From assembly GCA_042573625.1 (NCBI GenBank), contig JBHPCZ010000003.1, positions 3,154-67,153 on the forward strand: a stretch of DNA of 64,000 bases, written 5' to 3'. The position numbers and the translations under genes are program-made. Position 1 is the first letter of the stretch. Every line of letters begins with the position of its first letter. Origin of the DNA: Thermodesulfobacteriota bacterium (GTDB lineage: Bacteria > Desulfobacterota > Desulfobacteria > Desulfobacterales > UBA11574). Below are positions 55,906 to 64,000 of this stretch, in pieces. The notes below the pieces were generated by a model, which saw only the letters and a list, made by a program, of their open reading frames with translations, was not told the origin of the DNA and did not search any database.

Positions 55906-58626
55906 ATGATTTTCTTTGGGCATAACCGTTTCAAACAGGACATTTCGACAACCATGGCAATACCAGACAACAAACATCTTACTGTTATTACAACCCATAT
56001 TAACGCCGACTATGACGCACTGGCTTCCATGCTGGCAGCTCAGAAGCTATATCCTGACTCTCTTGTGGTATTCCCGGGTTCCCAAGAGAGAAATCTTAGA
56101 AATTTCTTCATCGACTCGATGGTGTATCTTTTTAACATGGCAAGCATCAAGGATATCGACTTTTCAAAGATCAAAAGGCTGGTTCTGGTGGACACCAGAA
56201 ACCCAGACCGGATCGGAAAACTCTCAGCGCTTTTAGACGTGCCTGAACTCGAGATACACATCTACGACCATCACCCTTCCATGAGCAATGATATCAGGGG
56301 AAATTACGAGGTCCTTGAGCAAACCGGAGCGACGGTGTCCATTCTTGCGGAAATTATTCGTGAAAAAGGCATCGCCATTTCTTCGGATGAGGCAACCATC
56401 ATGTGTCTCGGCATTTATGAAGATACGGGATCTTTTACTTTCCCGTCAACAACCCAAAAAGATTTTCAGGCCGCTGCCTTTCTCCTTTCAAAGGAGGCGA
56501 ATCTGAACGTTGTTTCAAATCTCATCGCCAGAGAGATCAGCCCGGAGCAGGTCGGACTGCTGAATGATATTATCCAAGCAGCAACCCATTACAACATTAA
56601 CGGTGTTGATGTTGTGATTACCAGTGTGTCATCAGAGAATTATGTGCCCGATTTCGCGTTTATTGTCCATAAAATGGTCAAAATGGAAAACCTTGATGCC
56701 ATTTTCGCCATTGCACGTATGGGAAGCAAAATTTACATTGTGGCGCGAAGTAGAATTCCCGAAGTCGACGTGGGGGCTATTTTGACACCCCTCGGTGGCG
56801 GTGGTCACGCCTATGCCGCTGCTGCAACCATTAGGGAAAAGACGCTGGTCCAGACCGAGCACCAGTTGATCGAAATCCTGAATAAAAAAATAGAATCTAG
56901 AAACATGGCAAAAGACCTGATGTCCTCGCCGCCAATAACGGTTGCCGCCGATGTTTCCTGCCGGGATGCCGGCAACCTGATGACCCGGTACAATATCAAC
57001 GCACTGCTGGTTACAGCAGGACCGGATGAACTCGATAAAGACAGACTTGTCGGCATTATTTCGCGTCAGATTATTGAAAAAGCGCTTTTCCATAACCTCG
57101 ATCATCTTCCGGTACGAGAATATATGACCTCCGAGTTTTCTTCAGTCAGCCCGGGTTCAGACCTCTCGGAAATTCAAAACAAAATCATTGAAAGCAAGCA
57201 GCGCATTCTGCCGGTTGTCGATAAGGGTATGATCACAGGTGTTGTGACCCGCACCGATCTGCTTAAAGTTTTGGTTAGACAATCCAAAGAGTCCTTCGGA
57301 AATTTACGCGACCCTCATCAGGAAGCGGTTCACGCCAGGGTCAGGAACATCGTAAAATTCATGAAAGAGCGTCTTTCAACAAAGATCGTCGACACCTTGA
57401 CAACCATTGGCGAGGTCGCCGAAGCGCTCGGTTATGGCGCTTATGTTGTGGGCGGATTTGTTCGCGACCTGTTTTTGTATAGACCCAATGAAGATCTCGA
57501 TATCGTCCTGGAAGGCAATGGAATTGAATTCGCAAAAAAATACGCGGAAATTTCCGGTGCCCGCATCCATTCCTATGAAAAATTCGGGACAGCAGTTATT
57601 ATCTTTCCTGACGGATTCAAAATTGATGTGGCTTCAGCCAGGCTGGAATATTACAAATTCCCTGCTGCCCTTCCGACGGTTGAAATGAGTTCCATAAAAC
57701 TGGATCTCTTCAGGAGAGATTTTACGATCAACACCCTGGCAATTCATTTAAACCCCGAAAAATTCGGAACATTAATCGATTTTTTTACAGCACAAAAGGA
57801 CATCAAGGAAAAGGTTGTCAGGGTACTGCACAATCTCAGCTTTGTTGAAGATCCCACACGTGTTTTTCGCGCCATACGATTCGAACAGCGTTTCGGTTTT
57901 TCCATCGGAAAACTGACCGCAAGTCTTATTGAAAATGCGGTAAAAATGCATTTTCTCAAACAGCTCAGCGGTCGACGGGTATTTTCCGAGCTACGGCAGA
58001 TTCTTGAAGAAGACAACCCGACGCCTGCCCTGATAAAGCTTCACGATTATGGTCTTTTAGAGGAAGTCCATCCCCTGCTGAAGATGGAGAACGATATTGC
58101 TTCACTGCTCGTTTCTTTCAAAAGGGTATTGGACTGGCATGATTTGCTTTTTCTGGAAGAATCCTATATGAAGTGGTCCGTCTATTTTATGGCCTTGATC
58201 AGGCATTGCGATAAAAAAGCATCAGCGGAAATCTGTGAACGGCTGGAACTTGCCTTACGTTACAGAAAATTATTCTGTGCCGATCGTTTCGAAGCTGACA
58301 CGCGCCTTTACTGGCTGGAACGAAACCTGCCGGCTAAAAACAGCACCCTATACAAACAGCTTTCCAACCTGAATACCGAACTGATCCTGTATATGATGGC
58401 GGCCACACGACATGAAGGGGTAAAGCGATCCATATCTCGATATTTTACCCGCCTGAGACAGGCCAAGATAATGTTAAGAGGAAAAGATTTGATAAAGATG
58501 GGGATCGAACCCGGACCGATCTACAAGGAAATCCTGCAGGCTGTTCTGGATGCAAAACTCAACGGCCGGGTTAAGTCCAGAAACGACGAACTCAATTTCG
58601 TGCGCGATTATGTTTCATCATTTTGA
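55906..58626 (+). CDS. multidomain DHH/DHHA1 phosphoesterase - CBS pair - CCA-adding/poly(A) polymerase-family nucleotidyltransferase
   Basis: TTHINADYDALAS, the DHH motif (IYDHHPS) and GGGHAYAAA (DHHA1). A tandem CBS region follows. Then VVGGFVRDLFL...DLDIV (GGxVRD...DxD head domain) and an RF-type helical body. An alternative start is MAIPDNK at 55954. Confidence 0.8.
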   Translation: MIFFGHNRFKQDISTTMAIPDNKHLTVITTHINADYDALASMLAAQKLYPDSLVVFPGSQERNLRNFFIDSMVYLFNMASIKDIDFSKIKRLVLVDTRNPDRIGKLSALLDVPELEIHIYDHHPSMSNDIRGNYEVLEQTGATVSILAEIIREKGIAISSDEATIMCLGIYEDTGSFTFPSTTQKDFQAAAFLLSKEANLNVVSNLIAREISPEQVGLLNDIIQAATHYNINGVDVVITSVSSENYVPDFAFIVHKMVKMENLDAIFAIARMGSKIYIVARSRIPEVDVGAILTPLGGGGHAYAAAATIREKTLVQTEHQLIEILNKKIESRNMAKDLMSSPPITVAADVSCRDAGNLMTRYNINALLVTAGPDELDKDRLVGIISRQIIEKALFHNLDHLPVREYMTSEFSSVSPGSDLSEIQNKIIESKQRILPVVDKGMITGVVTRTDLLKVLVRQSKESFGNLRDPHQEAVHARVRNIVKFMKERLSTKIVDTLTTIGEVAEALGYGAYVVGGFVRDLFLYRPNEDLDIVLEGNGIEFAKKYAEISGARIHSYEKFGTAVIIFPDGFKIDVASARLEYYKFPAALPTVEMSSIKLDLFRRDFTINTLAIHLNPEKFGTLIDFFTAQKDIKEKVVRVLHNLSFVEDPTRVFRAIRFEQRFGFSIGKLTASLIENAVKMHFLKQLSGRRVFSELRQILEEDNPTPALIKLHDYGLLEEVHPLLKMENDIASLLVSFKRVLDWHDLLFLEESYMKWSVYFMALIRHCDKKASAEICERLELALRYRKLFCADRFEADTRLYWLERNLPAKNSTLYKQLSNLNTELILYMMAATRHEGVKRSISRYFTRLRQAKIMLRGKDLIKMGIEPGPIYKEILQAVLDAKLNGRVKSRNDELNFVRDYVSSF

Positions 58627-59272
58627 CATCAATCAACTGATCGCAATGATGATGGCGCTGCTTGTCGCCGTTACCATCCACGAGGTTGCCCACGGCTATG
58701 TTGCTTTCAGGATGGGGGACAATACCGCCAAACTGGCGGGAAGGCTGACATTGAATCCGATAAAACATCTGGATTTTATCGGTTCATTTCTCCTGCCCAT
58801 AATATTAAAACTGTCCGGTTCTCCCATTATTTTCGGATATGCCAAACCGGTCCCGGTCAATTTTGCCAATTTTCGGAATTACCGCACGGGCACCCTTTGC
58901 GTCGCCTCTGCCGGTGCATTGGCCAATCTTTTACTTGCAGCCATCTCCGGGTGGCTCTTTCAGCTGATGCTTTACACTGAATCTTGGTGGGTTATGTCTA
59001 TCTTCAAGCCCATCGTCGTCGATTTCGTAAATCTGCTATTTTTTAGCGTGGTGATCAACTCTGTTCTGGCTGTTTTCAACCTGATACCGGTCCCCCCCCT
59101 GGACGGGGGGCGAATACTGGCCATGTTACTGCCGGCGCAGCTAAGGACGCAATTCTTACAAATTGAGCGATTCGGCATGATAATAATCATCTTTCTGCTT
59201 CTCACAAATACGATCGGCGGAATTTTTTCATTGCTTTTAACCCCATTAATCAACATCTTTCTCGGAAGATAG
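58610..59272 (+). CDS. site-2 protease family (peptidase M50) membrane metalloprotease
   Basis: HEVAHGYVA (HExxH) in TM1 and NLIPVPPLDGGR (NxxPxxxLDG). The start is placed at MFHHFD. The longest ORF starts at 58550, inside the upstream gene. Confidence 0.8.
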   Translation: MFHHFDINQLIAMMMALLVAVTIHEVAHGYVAFRMGDNTAKLAGRLTLNPIKHLDFIGSFLLPIILKLSGSPIIFGYAKPVPVNFANFRNYRTGTLCVASAGALANLLLAAISGWLFQLMLYTESWWVMSIFKPIVVDFVNLLFFSVVINSVLAVFNLIPVPPLDGGRILAMLLPAQLRTQFLQIERFGMIIIIFLLLTNTIGGIFSLLLTPLINIFLGR

Positions 59273-59282
59273 GAGATTCTGA

Positions 59283-60269
59283 ATGACCAGGAAACAACGG
59301 ATATTAAGCGGTATGCGGCCGACAGGCCCCCTTCACCTTGGCAATCTGCATGGTGCTCTCGCAAACTGGGTCAATATGCAGGAAGAATATGACTGTTTCT
59401 TTTTTATTGCGGACTGGCATGCGCTAACCAGCGACTATGAAGATACACGTTTTATTTCAAATTTTATCAGAGAGATGATGATAGACTGGCTAAGCACTGG
59501 ACTTTCAAATGAAAAAAGCACCCTTTTTGTCCAGTCACAGATCAAGGAGCACGCTGAACTCTTTCTTATTCTTTCCATGATAACGCCTGTGCCATGGCTC
59601 GAACGCAACCCCACGTTCAAAGACCAGGTCGTGCAGATGAGCAACAAGGATCTGTCCACCTTCGGTTTTCTGGGCTACCCTGTTCTCCAGGCCGCAGATA
59701 TCATTATGTACAAGGCAGAAGGTGTTCCCGTCGGCGTGGATCAGGTCCCTCATGTTGAAATTACACGGGAAATCGCCAGAAGGTTCAATCACTTTTATGG
59801 AAAAGTATTCCCGGAACCTGAAGCGTTTTTGACCGAAACGCCTAAAATCCTCGGTACGGATCGTCGTAAAATGAGCAAAAGCTATGACAATGCCATATAT
59901 TTGTCAGACAGTCCCGATGTTATCGCCTCAAAGGTTGCCGGGATGTTCACCGACCCCCAGAGGCTGAGGAAAACCGATCCCGGCGATCCGGATGTATGTA
60001 ATGTTTTTGAGTTCCACAAGATATACAGCGACAGCGAAACCGTGAACACGACAAACCATGACTGCCGGAACGCTAAGCTGGGATGCGTGGAATGCAAAAA
60101 AATAATGGCCCAAAATCTTATCAAGGGTCTTGATCCGATTCGCGAAAAAAGGGCATATTACGAAACAAGGGCCCAGCTTGTTGACGACATCATCTCAGAC
60201 GGATGCAATAAAGCCAGGAAAGTGGCCAGGATGACCATGGAAGAGGTCAGATCGGCAGCAAAATTGTAA
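59283..60269 (+). CDS. trpS: tryptophan--tRNA ligase
   Basis: SGMRPTGPLHLGNLHGAL (HIGH-type), GVDQVPHVE and KMSKS. 328 aa. Confidence 0.95.
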   Translation: MTRKQRILSGMRPTGPLHLGNLHGALANWVNMQEEYDCFFFIADWHALTSDYEDTRFISNFIREMMIDWLSTGLSNEKSTLFVQSQIKEHAELFLILSMITPVPWLERNPTFKDQVVQMSNKDLSTFGFLGYPVLQAADIIMYKAEGVPVGVDQVPHVEITREIARRFNHFYGKVFPEPEAFLTETPKILGTDRRKMSKSYDNAIYLSDSPDVIASKVAGMFTDPQRLRKTDPGDPDVCNVFEFHKIYSDSETVNTTNHDCRNAKLGCVECKKIMAQNLIKGLDPIREKRAYYETRAQLVDDIISDGCNKARKVARMTMEEVRSAAKL

Positions 60270-60985
60270 TGATGTTAGACGAAATCTATAAAGTAAAACT
60301 GGACGATATTTTTGAAGGCCCCATGGACCTCCTTGTTCACCTTATCAAAAAAAATGAGGTGGATATTTATGATATCCCCATTGCTCAGATAACAGATCAA
60401 TATCTCGGCTATATCGAGTGGATTAAGTTCATGAATATTGATTTTGCCGGAGATTTTATTGTTCTGGCGGCAACCCTGGCCCAGATAAAGTCAAGGATGC
60501 TTATTCCGATACATGACGGTGAAGAAGAGGGAGAAGATCCCCGCCTGGAGATCGCCGGATCCCTGATGGAATATCTTCAGATAAAGTCGGCGGCCGAACA
60601 ATTGGCCGGCAGAAGCCTTCTGGGCGAAGACACTTTTATCAGAAGTCCAAGCAAGGAAGAGCGCCTGATGTATTCGGAAGGTGAAATGGTAAAGGTCGGT
60701 CTCTTTGAACTGATTGACGCATTTCAAAAAATACTTGAAAACATATCCCCGGATCAGCGGGTGGACATAACACCCGACAGGGTATCCGTCAGGGACAGAA
60801 TAACAGAAATCGTCGATATTCTGGAAGCAGAAGAATCAACAACCTTTGATGCATTGTTTTCTAAAAATGTGGACAAAAGTGAAGTTATCATCACTTTTCT
60901 TGCCATATTGGAAATGGTCAAGCTTAACCTGGTCCGGATTGCCCAGCATGTCCAAACCGGGATTATCAGGCTTTTCTATCTATAG
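60269..60985 (+). CDS. scpA: segregation and condensation protein A
   Basis: FEGPMDLLVHLIKKNEVDIYDIPIAQITDQYL is the typical ScpA N-terminus. Precedes scpB. Confidence 0.85.
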   Translation: MMLDEIYKVKLDDIFEGPMDLLVHLIKKNEVDIYDIPIAQITDQYLGYIEWIKFMNIDFAGDFIVLAATLAQIKSRMLIPIHDGEEEGEDPRLEIAGSLMEYLQIKSAAEQLAGRSLLGEDTFIRSPSKEERLMYSEGEMVKVGLFELIDAFQKILENISPDQRVDITPDRVSVRDRITEIVDILEAEESTTFDALFSKNVDKSEVIITFLAILEMVKLNLVRIAQHVQTGIIRLFYL

Positions 60986-61097
60986 CGCATCCGGCGCGTG
61001 AAATATCCGGGTTGGGTTAAAGAAAAGCCGCTGATAAATTAACCCCATATACGATTTTCCCATTTTGTTTACGATCATTTAGGGTAGCAATTACATT

Positions 61098-61697
61098 ATG
61101 GAAGATATCAAAAACATCATTGAAAGCTTGCTGTTTGTCGCCGAGGCTCCGCTGAAGATAGACCGTATCAAGAACGTGCTCGCCGTTTCAGATACAAAAG
61201 AGATCCGAAAGGTCCTTTCAGAACTCTCGGATGAATATGAAGCCCGAAAGGGCGGTTTTTTGTTACGTGAGGTGGCGGGTGGATACCAGATACGCACCCG
61301 CCCCGAATATACGGAATGGATCAAGCGCCTGCTCCAGCCGAATCCGCTCCGCATGAGCAAAGCCGCCCTGGAAACACTGGCCATTGTCGCTTACAAGCAG
61401 CCGGTCCTGCGCAGCGATATCGAACATGTCCGAAGGGTGGACTGCGGAGGTGTCCTCAGAATGCTGCTGGAACGAAAACTCATCCGGGTTCTGGGGCGGA
61501 AGGAAATCCCGGGTCGCCCTTTGATTTATGCAACCACCAAACAATTTCTTGAAATATTTGATTTGAAGGATCTAAAAGACCTGCCCACATTAAAAGAAAT
61601 AGAAGCACTGGGAGGACACCAGGGCGATTCAACGGATCAGACAGCTTTTGACGGTACTGAAAAAGAAACCGTCCAGGATAATGGAAAAAATGCTTGA
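61098..61697 (+). CDS. scpB: segregation and condensation protein B
   Basis: IESLLFVAEAPL, GGYQIRTRPEY, LETLAIVAYKQPV and GRPLIYATTKQFLE. Confidence 0.85.
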   Translation: MEDIKNIIESLLFVAEAPLKIDRIKNVLAVSDTKEIRKVLSELSDEYEARKGGFLLREVAGGYQIRTRPEYTEWIKRLLQPNPLRMSKAALETLAIVAYKQPVLRSDIEHVRRVDCGGVLRMLLERKLIRVLGRKEIPGRPLIYATTKQFLEIFDLKDLKDLPTLKEIEALGGHQGDSTDQTAFDGTEKETVQDNGKNA

Positions 61698-61798
61698 CTT
61701 AAAAGTCATCAAGCCAATATAGATACACAATACCAGATTGGAGTGTGCCGGTAAAAAATACGCCGCTCAAGGTTTTATATTTTCGTTAAGGAGGCTTC

Positions 61799-62080
61799 AT
61801 GAACCGTTCGGACTTGATTAATGTATTTAAGGAGGAAACAACGCTAAGCAGAAAGGATGCTGAAAAGGTTGTTGATACCTTCTTTGGCTCAATCACAGAA
61901 GCACTGGCAAGCAATGAGCGTGTCGAAATCAGAGGATTTGGCAGCTTTACCGTGAAGCAGTACAAGCCTTACACCGGCCGAAACCCCAAAACCGGCGTAC
62001 AGATCAAAGTATCATCCAAAAAACTCCCCTTCTTTAAAGTCGGCAAAGAACTTAAAAATATGGTCGACAACAAAACCTAA
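61799..62080 (+). CDS. ihfB: integration host factor beta-like / HU-family DNA-binding protein
   Basis: ERVEIRGFGSFTVKQYKPYTGRNPKTG is an IHF-type arm motif. 93 aa. An AGGAGG SD lies upstream. Confidence 0.8.
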   Translation: MNRSDLINVFKEETTLSRKDAEKVVDTFFGSITEALASNERVEIRGFGSFTVKQYKPYTGRNPKTGVQIKVSSKKLPFFKVGKELKNMVDNKT

Positions 62081-62081
62081 A

Positions 62082-62156
62082 GGGCGGTTAACTCAGCGGG
62101 AGAGTGCCACCTTCACACGGTGGAAGCCACTGGTTCAATCCCAGTACCGCCCACCA
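62082..62156 (+). tRNA. tRNA-Val (anticodon CAC), CCA encoded
   Basis: Manual cloverleaf: acceptor GGGCGGT/ACCGCCC, D stem ACTC/GAGT, anticodon stem CCACC/GGTGG with loop TTCACAC, T stem ACTGG/CCAGT with loop TTCAATC, discriminator A and 3' CCA. Confidence 0.93.
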
Positions 62157-62174
62157 TAATATTTTCAATATGTT

Positions 62175-62208
62175 AGGCCAATTTGTAGAATTGGCCTTTT
62201 TGTGTTTT
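62175..62208 (+). terminator. rho-independent terminator after tRNA-Val
   Basis: A 9-bp stem aggccaatt / aattggcct with a 5-nt loop, followed by ttttgtgtttt. Confidence 0.7.
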
Positions 62209-62597
62209 GAGTCATACCATCGTATGACCCAAAATATAGGGGGGGGGGCAAATGGTATAAAATTTTGATTTTATTACATCGGAGGAGACTTTTGATAGAC
62301 GATACAGGGTGTTATGGCGACGATGTGGCGGGATTCATGTCGCGAGGGAGGTTTGAGAAAAACGGAAGAATCTGGGCAATTTTTTGCAAATGGTTTGAGA
62401 AAAATTAATCTATGATAATCATAATCTCTAAGTATGATATCATAACTATTTTAAGCTCTCAAAAACCTGTCATATATTGCAGGTATCACAAGTTCGGCAG
62501 AATTGTGGAAACTCAATATATGGGATTAATAGGAAATCAATGATAAAAGGTATATATTGGCTTTCCCTGCGCTTCATTCTTTTTGAGTGATTTATAG

Positions 62598-62939
62598 TTA
62601 TTTATTAACCGACCGAACCGCTCTGACATGATTATCAGGTCGCCTGCGATACCCCCCGCCGCTAGGGCTTTCACTCCATTGTGCATCTTGAATATTGCCA
62701 GTCACAAAATTTGCGATCCAACCGCCTTCGTAAATTAAGCTCCCTTGAATCCTTGACACTGCGAAATGCGACATCTCTGTATCGTTTGTGGTACGAGTTG
62801 TCACGACCGGGACCGTCGTAGACAACCCCGCCAAGTTGCCTCGCTTACCCCCCGCGTTGCGGATCGACGAAAGGGTTTGCAGGTTTATTGTGGCACCCCG
62901 AAACCGCCGTTCCCCGGCAGGTGTTGCGCTGAGTCTCAC
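62598..62939 (-). CDS. hypothetical protein with DUF1566/Lcl-C-terminal-like features
   Basis: The GTG start overlaps the upstream glycosyltransferase stop (GTGA). FRGATINLQTL resembles WRLPTIxELQSL. GWIANFVTGNIQ...NHVRAVRS resembles the AWxVxFxxG...YVRCVR end of DUF1566. The similarity is weak and judged by eye. Confidence 0.35.
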   Translation of the reverse strand: MRLSATPAGERRFRGATINLQTLSSIRNAGGKRGNLAGLSTTVPVVTTRTTNDTEMSHFAVSRIQGSLIYEGGWIANFVTGNIQDAQWSESPSGGGYRRRPDNHVRAVRSVNK

Positions 62940-64000
62940 GCGTCGACGCGTTCCTCGCGATGCACCGGTTGGCCGGTGGTCAGTGCCCGTTCCGCGATTT
63001 CCGCCGCGCGCTGCACTCCGCCCGCATTCGCAATCGCCTGCTTCATTTGTGTCGCCTGAGTTCGAAAAGTTTCCTCCGCCAGCACTCGCTTGATCATCCG
63101 TCGGATCTGTTCGGGCGTGGACTTCTGAAACGATCCTTTCAACCCCACCCCGGCATACTGGACGCGAGCTGCCATGCCGGGCTGATCGGCGCCCTGCGGC
63201 AGGGCGACCATGGGAACTTCGCGGGCCAGCGCTTCCATGACGGTGTTGATTCCGGCGTGCGTGATCAACAGGTCAGCCCTGTCCAACAGGGCCAGCTGCG
63301 GAGCGAAATCGACCAGGATCGTATCGCCGGGCACCGGGCCCAAAGCTTCCCGCGTACCTTGTTCGTCTTGTTTGGCCCACTTGCCGCGCGTCATGACCAA
63401 TTGCGCATCGAGGTCGGTGCAGGCAGCGAGAATTCGCTGCAGTACCGGAAAGTTGAAGCCCCGGGCCCGGGCGACCGTGCCCATGGAGGCGAAGATGAGC
63501 GGGCGGCCGTTGAGCCGGGCCCATGGAAACTCGATGTCGTCAGCCGGGCGGAACGCCCCCAGGGGCCCCACATAATGGAAAACGCCGGGCATTTCCCGTC
63601 GAAGGAAATCCATCTCGGGGCACAACTGACACAGTTGTGCCAACGAAGAGTAGGTTTCATCCACGTGTTTCACAGGCGGCAGGTTCCACCCCTGTCGGTA
63701 GCGGTTTATCCTCTTGAGGACAGGGCGTACGAGCCAGTTCCTCGCGGCATATCCCAGCCGATTTTGCCACCTCGCTCGGCGACCTGGAGCAAATTCCCAG
63801 TCCGTATGGGGCGGCGGTACACCGTCTTCCTGATTCCACGGCAAGGCCGAACAGACGGTCACAAAAGGTATGTTAAGATGCTCCGCGACGGTTCCCGCGG
63901 CCAGCAGGATTTGGTCGGTCACCAGACCGTCCACCTGCAGGTCTTCGAGGGTGGTCGGCAGCAATCGGAGCAAGACCTCGTTCCGCCACCCAAACCAACA
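62936..64000 (-). CDS. UDP-glycosyltransferase (GT1, MGT/CrtX-like), N-terminus outside the window
   Basis: UGT signature region ITHAGINTVMEALAREVPMVALPQGADQP. The frame stays open to position 64000; the M at 63973 in the ORF track is an internal TTG. The DNA is very GC-rich compared with the rest of the window. Confidence 0.8.
   Translation of the reverse strand, partial: CWFGWRNEVLLRLLPTTLEDLQVDGLVTDQILLAAGTVAEHLNIPFVTVCSALPWNQEDGVPPPHTDWEFAPGRRARWQNRLGYAARNWLVRPVLKRINRYRQGWNLPPVKHVDETYSSLAQLCQLCPEMDFLRREMPGVFHYVGPLGAFRPADDIEFPWARLNGRPLIFASMGTVARARGFNFPVLQRILAACTDLDAQLVMTRGKWAKQDEQGTREALGPVPGDTILVDFAPQLALLDRADLLITHAGINTVMEALAREVPMVALPQGADQPGMAARVQYAGVGLKGSFQKSTPEQIRRMIKRVLAEETFRTQATQMKQAIANAGGVQRAAEIAERALTTGQPVHREERVDA

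Noticed and set aside
62766-63093. ~100-aa plus-strand ORFs in the GC-rich right end
   Set aside because: High-GC DNA yields long spurious frames. The minus-strand UGT frame has a clear family signature.
62082-64000. Search for a direct repeat of the tRNA-Val 3' end (att site) and an integrase
   Set aside because: Neither was seen within the remaining 1.8 kb, so the island hypothesis rests on composition only.
1-64000. CRISPR arrays, rRNA genes, additional tRNAs
   Set aside because: I noticed no regularly spaced direct repeats and no rRNA-like or further cloverleaf sequences while reading the window.

Overview
This is a 64-kb window from a moderately AT-rich Gram-negative genome. The gene content looks Desulfobacterota/deltaproteobacterium-like, but that is inference only. 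Positions ~1-51.8 kb form an almost unbroken array of genes on the minus strand, all for outer-membrane and LPS biogenesis. In transcription order it runs lolC/E-lolD-bamA-skp-lpxD-(0.5 kb non-coding spacer)-fabZ-lpxA-lpxI-Gfo/Idh/MocA oxidoreductase-lpxB-msbA-lptF-lptG-waaA-TylF-type methyltransferase-lpxK. These are followed by GT2/GT4 glycosyltransferases, an LpxL-family acyltransferase, three GT9 heptosyltransferases and many methyltransferases. At ~7.3-19.1 kb sits a nucleotide-sugar tailoring cassette, most of which is visibly GC-richer than its flanks. It contains hddA/hddC-like genes, a DegT-family enzyme with dehydratase-type active-site features, FkbM and class-I methyltransferases, two B12-binding radical-SAM enzymes flanking a split transketolase, a Nudix hydrolase and a Gmd-like dehydratase. 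This cassette is the best candidate for undescribed chemistry in the window. The left end adds a sulfotransferase, a GT2, more methyltransferases and an MBOAT/SGNH O-acylation module. Signs of mobility and decay are:
- an IS1595-family element
- an IS1380-like transposase remnant
- a frameshifted methyltransferase pseudogene
- a radical-SAM 3' remnant
- two copies of a ~150-170-bp palindromic intergenic element

At 52-55.3 kb a PilS-like histidine kinase and pilC are each flanked by long non-coding spacers. At 55.9-62.2 kb the plus strand carries housekeeping genes: a DHH-CBS-CCA/polyA-polymerase fusion, an M50 protease, trpS, scpA, scpB, an IHF-beta-like gene and tRNA-Val(CAC) with a terminator. 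Beyond the tRNA the composition switches to high GC, with a small DUF1566-like ORF and a partial UGT-type glycosyltransferase, which suggests foreign DNA. I saw no rRNA and no CRISPR array. All family calls rest on motifs read in the translations; no database search was run.
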